Source of the DNA: Candidatus Nanopelagicales bacterium
GTDB taxonomy: Bacteria > Actinomycetota > Actinomycetes > S36-B12 > UBA5976
Length of the DNA stretch: 32,662 nucleotides
Reading direction: 5' to 3'
NCBI GenBank assembly: GCA_044348555.1
Contig: JBIKSQ010000002.1
Coordinates: 1 to 32,662, forward strand
Part shown: piece after piece, positions 16,167 through 23,852 of the stretch
Layout of the letters: each line of letters opens with the position of its first letter
Numbering within the stretch: the stretch's first letter is position 1
Made by a program: the position numbers and the translations under genes
The notes under the pieces: generated by a model
The model's database searches: none
The model's input: the letters and a program-made list of their open reading frames with translations, nothing else
What the model was told of the DNA's origin: nothing

Positions 16167-18230
16167 TTGATTAACTTAAATTTCAACGGTCGGAAGCTGG
16201 TTGGTTTAACGGCTTCTGCACTTATTGCGATTGCAAGCGTGAACCTGGGAGTTCCCGCTATGGCAAACGGTCTAGCCGCAACTGAAACCACTCTAACCTT
16301 CGAAGACGGCGACACTCTTGGTGCTGACGCGGTTGGCGCAAATGGTCTACAGGACCCAGTCGGTTCATTCGAAGGTGCAATCACCACGATTGCAGATGTC
16401 CCTGCAGGTGGCGGAACTGGAAAAGGTCTCCATCTTGTAAAACAAGCTGCACCAGCCGGTCAGCCTTGGGCAGGTGCGACCCTCATGGATTCGAGCACTA
16501 GCAACATCCGGATTACTGCCGCAGATCTCTCTGCTATCACTTTTGATTACTACTCACCAGATGGCGTTAATTCGCCGCTGATGGTTAAGCTCGAAAACAA
16601 TTCAGTCAACATCGAATTCGTTAAGACTGCATCACCAGGTTGGAACTCGATGTCTTTCGACTTCTCCACCCAAGGTTCATGGAGCGACAGCATCGAATAC
16701 ACCAAGATCACTGTCTTCCCGAACTGGAACAACCCAACAGTTACCAACACTGGGCAGACATATGTATTCGACAACTTCAAAGTTAACACCGCTGATGAAC
16801 CTGTGGTTGGCCCACAGGCAGATCCAGTATTTCTAACCTTTGAAGATGACGACACTCTCGGCGCTGGAGCCGTTGGCAACAACGGTCCTGGAGATGAAAC
16901 CGGAACCTTTAGTGGCGCAACCACGACAATCGCAAACGTCCCAGCTGGCGGTGGAGATGGCAAAGGCCTTAACATCGCAAAGGCTGGTGACCCTTGGTCA
17001 GGCGTAACAGTGTTGGACATTTCCACTTCTGAAGTGAAAATCACTGCGGCTGGACTTGCCACTATCACGTTTGATTACTACTCACCTGACAACATCGATT
17101 CACCAATCATGGCCAAAATTGAAGGTGCTGGCGGGTCCAACGCGATTGAATTTGTAAAGACTGCTTCCTCAGGTTGGAACTCAATGTCATTCGACTTCTC
17201 CACGAAGGGTGAATGGAGCGCAAGCAACGTCTACACCAAATTGACCTTGTTCCCTAACTGGAGTAACCCAACTGTTACAAACACTGGGCAGATCTACGTG
17301 GTCGATAATCTTGGTGTCAACGGTGGCAAAGCAGACCCATCTGCAAAAGCGACTGTGTTGACCTTCGAAGACAGTGACACCCTTGGTGCACTCGTTTCGG
17401 GACTATCAACTGTTGAGAAACCAACCGGTGCTTTTGAAGGTGCATCTGTATCTATCGAAGCTGCACCAGCTGGTTGTGAAGTCGGCGACAGCCTGCATCT
17501 CGTCAAAGAGGGTAATCCATGGTCAGGTGTTACGGTGCTTGATACCTCATCCAGCAACATCTTTGTTGCCGCATCAGGTAAATCAACCATCACTCTCGAC
17601 TACTACTCACCAGATTCAGTTATGTCTCCACTTATGCTCAAGATTGAGGGCGCAGGCGGTGCTGGCGCAATTGAATTTGCCCAGATGGCAGAGCCTGGTT
17701 GGCAGACTCTGACGTACGACTTCTCAACCAAACAAGGTTGGAATTCAAACTTCGAGTACACCCGCCTGGCTATCTTCCCGAACTTTGATCCGCAAAACGC
17801 AACCTCGGTGACCAACACCGGTCAGGTCTACGTCATTGACAATGTGAGTGTTAACGGTGGCGTAGTCGCTGGAGATTGCACACAGGAAGAAGAACCTGAA
17901 GTCATTGCTCCAACTCGCACCAAGGCACCAACCATCAGCGGAACTGCCAAGGTTGGTAAGACTCTGACTGCGAAGAGTGGCACATTCACTGGAACTGACC
18001 CGGTCGTAACCTACCGCTGGTTCGTATGTGAAAAGGCTGCCTCTAAGGCATCTGCTACACAGCCAGGTTCACTCAAGTGCAAGGCAATCAGTGGCAGTGC
18101 AGGCAACAAGAATAAAATGAAAGCAGCCAAGTCACACGCAGGTAAGTTCCTGCGCGTCTCTCAAACGGCAACCAACTCAGCTGGTTCCGTGACGGTTTAC
18201 TCTGCAACCTCTAAGAAGATTGCTAAGTAA
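16167..18230 (+). CDS. Secreted protein with three CBM-like beta-sandwich repeats and a C-terminal Ig-like domain
   Basis: The ORF opens at GTG 16086. In-frame TTG 16167 is preceded by GGAAGGA (5-nt spacer) and gives LINLNFNGRKLVGLTASALIAIASVNLGVPAMA as signal peptide. There are three ~165-aa repeats, then PTISGTAKVGKTLTAKSGTFTGTDPVVTYRWF...GKFLRVSQTATNSAGS, an adhesin-type Ig-like repeat pattern. Confidence 0.7.
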   Translation: MINLNFNGRKLVGLTASALIAIASVNLGVPAMANGLAATETTLTFEDGDTLGADAVGANGLQDPVGSFEGAITTIADVPAGGGTGKGLHLVKQAAPAGQPWAGATLMDSSTSNIRITAADLSAITFDYYSPDGVNSPLMVKLENNSVNIEFVKTASPGWNSMSFDFSTQGSWSDSIEYTKITVFPNWNNPTVTNTGQTYVFDNFKVNTADEPVVGPQADPVFLTFEDDDTLGAGAVGNNGPGDETGTFSGATTTIANVPAGGGDGKGLNIAKAGDPWSGVTVLDISTSEVKITAAGLATITFDYYSPDNIDSPIMAKIEGAGGSNAIEFVKTASSGWNSMSFDFSTKGEWSASNVYTKLTLFPNWSNPTVTNTGQIYVVDNLGVNGGKADPSAKATVLTFEDSDTLGALVSGLSTVEKPTGAFEGASVSIEAAPAGCEVGDSLHLVKEGNPWSGVTVLDTSSSNIFVAASGKSTITLDYYSPDSVMSPLMLKIEGAGGAGAIEFAQMAEPGWQTLTYDFSTKQGWNSNFEYTRLAIFPNFDPQNATSVTNTGQVYVIDNVSVNGGVVAGDCTQEEEPEVIAPTRTKAPTISGTAKVGKTLTAKSGTFTGTDPVVTYRWFVCEKAASKASATQPGSLKCKAISGSAGNKNKMKAAKSHAGKFLRVSQTATNSAGSVTVYSATSKKIAK
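16287..17855 (+). repeat. Three tandem ~500-nt coding repeats (16287-16787, 16827-17321, 17352-17855)
   Basis: Each unit reads (T/F/V)LTFED.DTLGA...G.F.GA...I...PAG...G..L...K.G.PW.G.T.(M/L)D.S.S.I......ITFDYYSPD..(N/D/M)SP(L/I)M.K.E.....IEF(V/A)(K/Q)(T/M)A.(P/S)GW(N/Q)(S/T)(M/L)(S/T)(F/Y)DFST...W.....YT(K/R)....FPN(W/F)....(V/T)TNTGQ.YV.DN..VN. Confidence 0.85.
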
Positions 18231-18242
18231 AGATCCACAGAG

Positions 18243-18283
18243 AAAACCCCCTGTGTCATCACCAGATGACACAGGGGGTTTTT
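18243..18283. terminator. Bidirectional rho-independent terminator between convergent genes
   Basis: Perfect 14-bp stem: ccccctgtgtcatc (18247-18260), loop acca, gatgacacaggggg (18265-18278). Flanked by aaaa upstream and ttttt downstream. Confidence 0.9.
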
Positions 18284-18292
18284 ACTACCCAA

Positions 18293-19276
18293 CTATTGCC
18301 AGTAAATCTTTGCTTTGTAGCCCTTTGGGTTTCCATAGTTGTAAGCCTTGAGAACTTGTAGACCATTAGTTCCCTTTGGTGCGTTAACTTTAAGTGTCAC
18401 GATTCCACGAGCGTTAGAAATTCTCGACCAAGTATCCAAATCATCACCTTCACCCCAGGTATCAAAAGTAACTGTCTTACCAGCTACTGGCTTACCTTTG
18501 AGGTTAGTGAGTTTGAAAGACACGTCAACAGCTTTACCTGCTGTTGCCTTTATTTCTTTTCTTAACGGAGTTATTTTTGGATTAACGAAATGAAGAACCA
18601 AAAGATCCTTGTCTTCTAAACGGTCTTGGGCTTCGCTTGGATGCGCAACCATGCTTGGAGCAATGGTGCTTGATACGCACATGACATCATCAGAGCAAGG
18701 AATACCATCAGAGTAGAAACTCAGTTTGTTTTGAGCTACTGGGAACGCTTCACCCATTATGTTGTAGTTGGTCATGGAGAAAGTGGCATTACCGAATGAA
18801 TCAGTGGTTGCAAGAATTGCTGTTTCGCCTGCACCCATCTGTGGTTGATCACCACACCAGTCACGGACAATCGTGTTTGAATTTGGACGGTTAAAACCAG
18901 GGTAATTTGTGGCTTGCGGAGTAAAGAAAGTCGTCTCACTGCAAGACGCACGCTTGTTTACAACTAGATAAACAACGCGGTTCTGAAACGGCACACCATC
19001 TTTGTTGGTGTATTTGAAAGTCAAACTTACATCGCCACGTACATCAGCAAACATGTGTAAAGACCGAAGTCCTTTGCCGTAAAACTGATCCCACGTACCT
19101 TTTGCTTCGGCTGTCGTGTTAACAGAATTCCTAGATGTTGGCTCCGGTGAGACTAAGCGCATGATTACGTTACCAGGAACTGGTGGGTTGTAGACCGCTG
19201 CAGTCGTTGCCATTGGTTGCAACGAGATTGAAATCAGCGAGACCAGAATCGCAAGGATTGCCCCTCTTTTTTTCAT
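18293..19276 (-). CDS. Secreted protein with Ig-like (Big_1/invasin-like) beta-sandwich domains, function unknown
   Basis: AAGGA SD. Signal peptide MKKRGAILAILVSLISISLQPMATTAA. C-terminal ATAGKAVDVSFKLTNLKGKPVAGKTVTFDTWGEG...ISNARGIVTLKVNAPKGTNG resembles bacterial Ig-like group 1 domains. Lies 50 nt downstream of the GH16 gene on the same strand. Confidence 0.6.
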   Translation of the reverse strand: MKKRGAILAILVSLISISLQPMATTAAVYNPPVPGNVIMRLVSPEPTSRNSVNTTAEAKGTWDQFYGKGLRSLHMFADVRGDVSLTFKYTNKDGVPFQNRVVYLVVNKRASCSETTFFTPQATNYPGFNRPNSNTIVRDWCGDQPQMGAGETAILATTDSFGNATFSMTNYNIMGEAFPVAQNKLSFYSDGIPCSDDVMCVSSTIAPSMVAHPSEAQDRLEDKDLLVLHFVNPKITPLRKEIKATAGKAVDVSFKLTNLKGKPVAGKTVTFDTWGEGDDLDTWSRISNARGIVTLKVNAPKGTNGLQVLKAYNYGNPKGYKAKIYWQ

Positions 19277-19326
19277 TTATCATCCTTTGGTTTGGCTCGC
19301 ACAAGCATTGGTTGAGTATTACTTTG

Positions 19327-20772
19327 CTATTCGATTGTTACCTTGCCAACACCGTCAACTGAGTAGTACTTCACCCAGTCAACTTTCACTTCGGAGTTGG
19401 AAATTCGGGAGTCGATGGCTCCACCAAAGTGGCCGCCCATCGCTAGGTTGAGAATTGCGTAAAACTTCGGATCCTGGCCTTGTGCATTTTTGCCGAATGG
19501 CCAGTGCGCTAAGCCAGATTGTGCCTTCGAGACTGTATAGACAAGCTCATCATTAATGTAAAAAGTGACCTCGTCCTCGAGCCACAACATTCCATAGCGG
19601 TTGTAGCTCTCGCTTAGATCAACAAGCGTGTCCTTGATGCCACCCAAGTAAGTGTGGCCACCGCCGCTGTTGGCAAAATGAACTGTGCCATATGTGAGTT
19701 GTGGGAAAGATCCCTTGTATTCCCAGATATCCAGCTCACCACAACGTGGCCAAGGTACAGTACGAATGTTTGTCCCAAGCATCCAGAAAGCAGGCCAGGT
19801 CCCGGCGCCTTTAGGAGCCTTAATGCTTGCCTCCATGTAGCCGTAAGTGAAAGATACTTTGTTGAAGGTTGTGATTTTTCCACTGCGCCATTCACATCGA
19901 CCGTAATAGCAATTCTGGGTTGAAGTGTTGTCATACCGTTGGGCTCGAATGGTGAGACTTCCGCTTCCATCTTGTCGGTTCTGGGATTCTAGGTACCACT
20001 GACGCTCACCGTTACCCCAACCACAGTTGCTATATGGGGCCTGACAGCCATCACTAATGTCAGCTGTCCAATACGAGCTATTCGGAGCCGTATTGGCTGC
20101 AGCGTTAAAATTGTCCTCCCAAAGGAGCACGCGCTGTGGTCCACTAGACCGTGGGGCAATTGTTACGCTCTGCGTGACTGTCTGGGCGGCAACATGAGAC
20201 CGAGTTGCTTCTGCTGAAAACTCAACCACGCACTCACCGACAGCAAGTGGCTTTAGTGCATTGTTCTCGATGCGACATCTGTTCGGGGTTGTGACGTTTG
20301 CTAAAACATTGTTCGATGGGGAAGACACCTGAATCACTTGAGGTTCTGCATCAATAAACATGTCCTGCAACTTTGTGGCAGCGATCTTGTTTGCTTGTTT
20401 GTTTTGCTTGCCAATAAAAACTGTTCTGATTGGTAAGGACTGATGCTTGGAAGTCACACTCCAGATTGAGATCTCGTAATTTGATTTTTTATCGAGACCA
20501 GTAAATGAGGCCTCGCGCACACTTAGTTTTGTGCTGGAAGTTTTGGTGAGATCCCGAGACTTAATCTGAACCCTGAAACCGGTTGGCCTTATTTCACTTT
20601 TCCAAGGTGCTTTCCAACCAACGACCAGATTTGAGCCCCTCCAGCTTGCTGAAATGGAAGAAGAGGGCAACAACTTTGAATTAAAAATTAGCGCATTTGA
20701 AGGAGCCAGCACACTAAGCAAAACAATTAAAACGCTGAGGAAAACAGCAGATTTGTTAAGTGATTTAAACAC
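19327..20772 (-). CDS. Secreted glycoside hydrolase family 16 (laminarinase/beta-glucanase-like) with N-terminal FN3-like and Ig-like domains
   Basis: GH16 catalytic motif E-x-D-x-x-E as GELDIWE, preceded by GTWPAFWMLG and WEDNFN...NGERQWY blocks. The ORF opens at GTG 20868, but GTG 20772 yields a canonical signal peptide (M)FKSLNKSAVFLSVLIVLLSVLAPSNA. FN3-like segment SWRGSNLVVGWKAP...YEISIWSV. Confidence 0.85.
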   Translation of the reverse strand: MFKSLNKSAVFLSVLIVLLSVLAPSNALIFNSKLLPSSSISASWRGSNLVVGWKAPWKSEIRPTGFRVQIKSRDLTKTSSTKLSVREASFTGLDKKSNYEISIWSVTSKHQSLPIRTVFIGKQNKQANKIAATKLQDMFIDAEPQVIQVSSPSNNVLANVTTPNRCRIENNALKPLAVGECVVEFSAEATRSHVAAQTVTQSVTIAPRSSGPQRVLLWEDNFNAAANTAPNSSYWTADISDGCQAPYSNCGWGNGERQWYLESQNRQDGSGSLTIRAQRYDNTSTQNCYYGRCEWRSGKITTFNKVSFTYGYMEASIKAPKGAGTWPAFWMLGTNIRTVPWPRCGELDIWEYKGSFPQLTYGTVHFANSGGGHTYLGGIKDTLVDLSESYNRYGMLWLEDEVTFYINDELVYTVSKAQSGLAHWPFGKNAQGQDPKFYAILNLAMGGHFGGAIDSRISNSEVKVDWVKYYSVDGVGKVTIE

Positions 20773-20943
20773 GCAGTGGCCCTTTAGATGGTTGGATTGC
20801 GGCGCACACTGCAATTGGCACAATTGTACATAAATCAGGAGAAGAATTTTTCCAATATTACGGCCCACTCTTTGTTTCTAGGCACAGCGAATAGCAAAAA
20901 TAATTAAAATATTCAAAATATGAGACTCGTGAGATATAGAACG

Positions 20944-21016
20944 AGCCGCCTGACGGAATCGAACCGTCGACCTTCTCATTACGAGTGAGATGCTCTACCA
21001 ACTGAGCTAAGGCGGC
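20944..21016 (-). tRNA. tRNA-Thr (anticodon CGT)
   Basis: The reverse complement is GCCGCCTTAGCTCAGTTGGTAGAGCATCTCACTCGTAATGAGAAGGTCGACGGTTCGATTCCGTCAGGCGGCT. It has a 7-bp acceptor stem (GCCGCCT/AGGCGGC), D arm GCTC/GAGC, anticodon stem TCTCA/TGAGA with loop CTCGTAA, T arm GACGG-TTCGATT-CCGTC, and no encoded CCA. Confidence 0.95.
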
Positions 21017-21162
21017 GCAGCCCGCAGGCAGCGGCGGAATCTTAACCGACCGAAATAGCGCAAAAATGATGGGCGCTGGTTTCCCAGTACCCATAAATTT
21101 CTAAACCACTTTAACTGATAATGCTTTCGATTAGCCATGACTTCTATTATTTGAGGGTGAAG

Positions 21163-22128
21163 ATGACCCCTTTTTTATTGAGTTTAGTTTTCATCTTTTC
21201 AGTTTCTCAGATTTCAGCCACAGCTAATGCAGAAGAAAACGATCAGATTTCCTACCTGGGTTTCAAATCAGTCTTCTACCCCATGGATTCACCAGACTTG
21301 CTATCACCACCACTAACTCTGAAGCAAGCAGCCAAGTCAAGACCAATCACCAAGAGAAAATTTCTCAATCCCCGAATAGATGGATCTCATAGGTTCCGTG
21401 GAAATGCGATAGCTAATGGTTGTGCTGATGCGGTGCAGGAGCCAGTTTTTTGTGACTTTGGAAACATCGAGTCAGACAAAAACGTTTTGCTTATTGGCGG
21501 AAGTCATATGGGTCATCTAGTGGATGGATTCCTTGAAGCCTTTGACCCAAGAATTTGGAAGATAACAACCGTTTTGAAACGTAGTTGCCGTTTCAAAGAT
21601 TTTCAGAAAGAAACTCCAGGCACCTTTTCAACTGATTGCGCGGCTTGGAGTGCCAATGTTTTGGAGTACGTAACAGCAAATAGGTCAGAAGCAATCGTGA
21701 TGCTTGGTACCACTTCCTATACGAACGGGCGAGAGGACAGCACCAGAGGTTTGCGTTCCATGATTCGTTTGGTTTCAGATAAATCAGACAATCTAATCTT
21801 GGTCCGTGATACTCCACGCTTTCCTAGATCACACGTGAAGTGTCTGCAAGCAAAACCTAAACAGGAAATCTCTGATTGCGTTTTTGAGTTAAACAAAGAT
21901 TTTGAATTAAAGAACAATCCCAAATTTGGACTAGTCGAAAACGCGAACACTGCAGTGATTCATCTGAATCCATACATTTGTTTCAATTTCAAATGTCCGG
22001 CTGCGGTTTCTAACGTTCTTATCTACCGCGACAACGACCACTTAACTCCGACGTTTGCCAAACAATTGGCCCCCGTCATTGCTTATCAAATAAAGGGCCA
22101 GCTACCAGAGCTAGCTTTGACGGAATAG
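21163..22128 (+). CDS. Secreted stand-alone SGNH-type hydrolase domain protein (like the C-terminal domain of OafA/acyltransferase-3 proteins)
   Basis: ATG 21163 is preceded by GAGGG and gives the signal peptide MTPFLLSLVFIFSVSQISATANA (the ORF opens at ATG 21121). Block I-like LLIGGSHMGH; terminal YRDNDHLT (DxxH block). Confidence 0.6.
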   Translation: MTPFLLSLVFIFSVSQISATANAEENDQISYLGFKSVFYPMDSPDLLSPPLTLKQAAKSRPITKRKFLNPRIDGSHRFRGNAIANGCADAVQEPVFCDFGNIESDKNVLLIGGSHMGHLVDGFLEAFDPRIWKITTVLKRSCRFKDFQKETPGTFSTDCAAWSANVLEYVTANRSEAIVMLGTTSYTNGREDSTRGLRSMIRLVSDKSDNLILVRDTPRFPRSHVKCLQAKPKQEISDCVFELNKDFELKNNPKFGLVENANTAVIHLNPYICFNFKCPAAVSNVLIYRDNDHLTPTFAKQLAPVIAYQIKGQLPELALTE

Positions 22129-22233
22129 TCCCTGTGGCTCTATAACACGTCAATCACTCGACTAGATCGAAGCTAGTGCTGCTGTCTCTGTATTACCTGT
22201 CCTTGAGACCGCAATCGTTGTAGTTAGCCTGCG

Positions 22234-22359
22234 CTATTCACAATAGCCACCATCACAACAAGGTTGTATGTAGTAGCACTTAGGGCAGAAGTCTTTGCCA
22301 CCTCGTCTCTCGAGATCAACACCCTCACAAGCTGGGCAAGGTCCAGGCGCTCCCATCAT
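22234..22359 (-). CDS. Small Cys-rich protein (41 aa, 7 Cys; CPxC...CPxC zinc-ribbon-like), below the ORF-track length cutoff
   Basis: Hand translation of the minus strand gives MMGAPGPCPACEGVDLERRGGKDFCPKCYYIQPCCDGGYCE*. AGGAGGA (22364-22370) lies 4 nt upstream of the ATG at 22359. Stop TAG at 22234-22236. Confidence 0.55.
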   Translation of the reverse strand: MMGAPGPCPACEGVDLERRGGKDFCPKCYYIQPCCDGGYCE

Positions 22360-22620
22360 TGTGTCCTCCTAAGTTCGCTTGCGACGCTGTAGCGGCCATA
22401 TCAAATAGTTGATTTCATAGGATACTGAAAGCCAACTTAATTGAGCGGCAAGATGATTCTTACTTCTAAGAAACGCTATCACAATGCTCATTAAAAAGGC
22501 TGCATGTTGCAGAGAATTGCCAAAGGGACACTATGAGAGACGTAACCCAAAAAGCCACCTGCTATCGCTTCATAGGTTCGTCAAAGTGCAGAGTTTCATG
22601 AACCCGCCTACCTTCAGGGG

Positions 22621-23835
22621 GTGCGCAAAATCGACCTGACCAAATCAGCCCTTGATATTCTGCAAGCCGACTTTTCCCACCTCGTTTGTGATGAGCCAAA
22701 AGAGAGTGTTGCATTCCAGGGCGGGCAAACGGCGGCTAGTGCAGCTCTCGAAAACCTCGACATTAACGGATACGCTCGCAAGCGCTCACAAATTTTGCCG
22801 GTGGGCAATCGGGGCGCTTCAGCCCTCTCCCCATACATTCGCCACAATCTGCTGAGTCTGCGACAAGTGTGGGATGCGGTTGCAGACGCCGACTTTGAAG
22901 ACCGCAGCAAATTCCGAGACGAGTTACTTTGGCAGGAATATTCGCGACATTTGTATGCCCGGGTCGGTACTCGACTATTCAGTGAGCTTCGTTATCAACA
23001 ACAGCGCACCAACCCAACCGGCAATCCGTGGAATCGCGACATGAACTGCATCAACCAAGAGTTAAACGAGTTGGAAGAAAGTGGTTGGCTTGTTAATCAG
23101 GCACGCATGTGGCTGGCTTCTGATTGGGCGGTGCGACATCAAGCAGATTGGTTGGCTGGCCAAGAAGTTTTCTACCAACACCTACTGGATGGATCACGTG
23201 CAGCAAATCTGCTGGGCTGGCAATGGAACACGGGAACTGGAACGGGTAAGCCGTACGGCTTTGCGCAGTGGCAAGTGCAGAAACGCGCCCCAGAACTATG
23301 TCGAAGTTGTGACTTCAAAAACAACTGTCCAATCGCCGAGTTTCCTGAAACTGAACAACTAGCTGCTGTGACCGAAGACGATTACCGGATGAGTCGAGAT
23401 ACCGACCCAGAACTAACCAGTGGTCCCAGGTCTGTAATTTATGAGGCAACACCTGATGTTGTTTTACTAACAATCGATTCGCTCGGCGATGCTGATGCTG
23501 CGTTGACTGCTAATCCAGATTTGCCTGTCTGGTTTGTGTTCTACGAATCAAAACTTGAAAAACTTCAACTTAGTTCAAAGCGAATTGTGTTTTATCTTCA
23601 GACTCTGCAGGATTTAGCACAACGGCGAGATGTACATGTTTTTCTCGGTGAGCGCGATGCTGAGATGGCAGCGCAAAAGTTTGCAGTCACCTGGGTACCG
23701 GTTCCATCATTTAAGTCGTTAGCAAACAGCGCGGTTGAGATTCACCCTTGGCCGTGGTTGGTGAAACCACACAGCAAGTCGGTGAAGAGTTTTTCAGCTT
23801 GGCGAAACCACGCAGAGTTACCAACCAAGATTTGA
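22621..23835 (+). CDS. Photolyase/cryptochrome-family flavoprotein with inverted domain order (NewPHL-like)
   Basis: GTG start. The N-terminal two thirds carry FAD-binding-domain motifs of photolyases: ALSPYIRHNLLSLRQV, DELLWQEYSRHLY, GWLVNQARMWLASDW, and FYQHLLDGSRAANLLGWQWNTGTGTG (WQW box). The C-terminal ~130 aa (PDVVLLTIDSLGDADAAL...PVWFVFYESKLEKLQLSSKRIVFYLQTLQDLAQRRDVHVFLG) resembles the alpha/beta domain that is N-terminal in canonical photolyases. Confidence 0.75.
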   Translation: MRKIDLTKSALDILQADFSHLVCDEPKESVAFQGGQTAASAALENLDINGYARKRSQILPVGNRGASALSPYIRHNLLSLRQVWDAVADADFEDRSKFRDELLWQEYSRHLYARVGTRLFSELRYQQQRTNPTGNPWNRDMNCINQELNELEESGWLVNQARMWLASDWAVRHQADWLAGQEVFYQHLLDGSRAANLLGWQWNTGTGTGKPYGFAQWQVQKRAPELCRSCDFKNNCPIAEFPETEQLAAVTEDDYRMSRDTDPELTSGPRSVIYEATPDVVLLTIDSLGDADAALTANPDLPVWFVFYESKLEKLQLSSKRIVFYLQTLQDLAQRRDVHVFLGERDAEMAAQKFAVTWVPVPSFKSLANSAVEIHPWPWLVKPHSKSVKSFSAWRNHAELPTKI

Positions 23836-23852
23836 TCAGTAGTGCCACTCGA

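Noticed and set aside
20858-21094. A 78-aa minus-strand ORF spanning the tRNA-Thr locus.
   Set aside because: It overlaps a canonical tRNA cloverleaf on the same strand, so the ORF is an artefact of the tRNA sequence.
20773-21162. A genomic-island integration site at tRNA-Thr.
   Set aside because: I saw no integrase or excisionase gene and no direct repeat of the tRNA 3' half by eye. Only compositional and secretome hints remain, and these are reported separately with modest interest.
22533-22601. A 22-codon uORF upstream of the photolyase-like gene.
   Set aside because: It has an AAGGGA SD-like element but is too short to support as a gene from sequence alone. It is mentioned under the intergenic-region finding instead.
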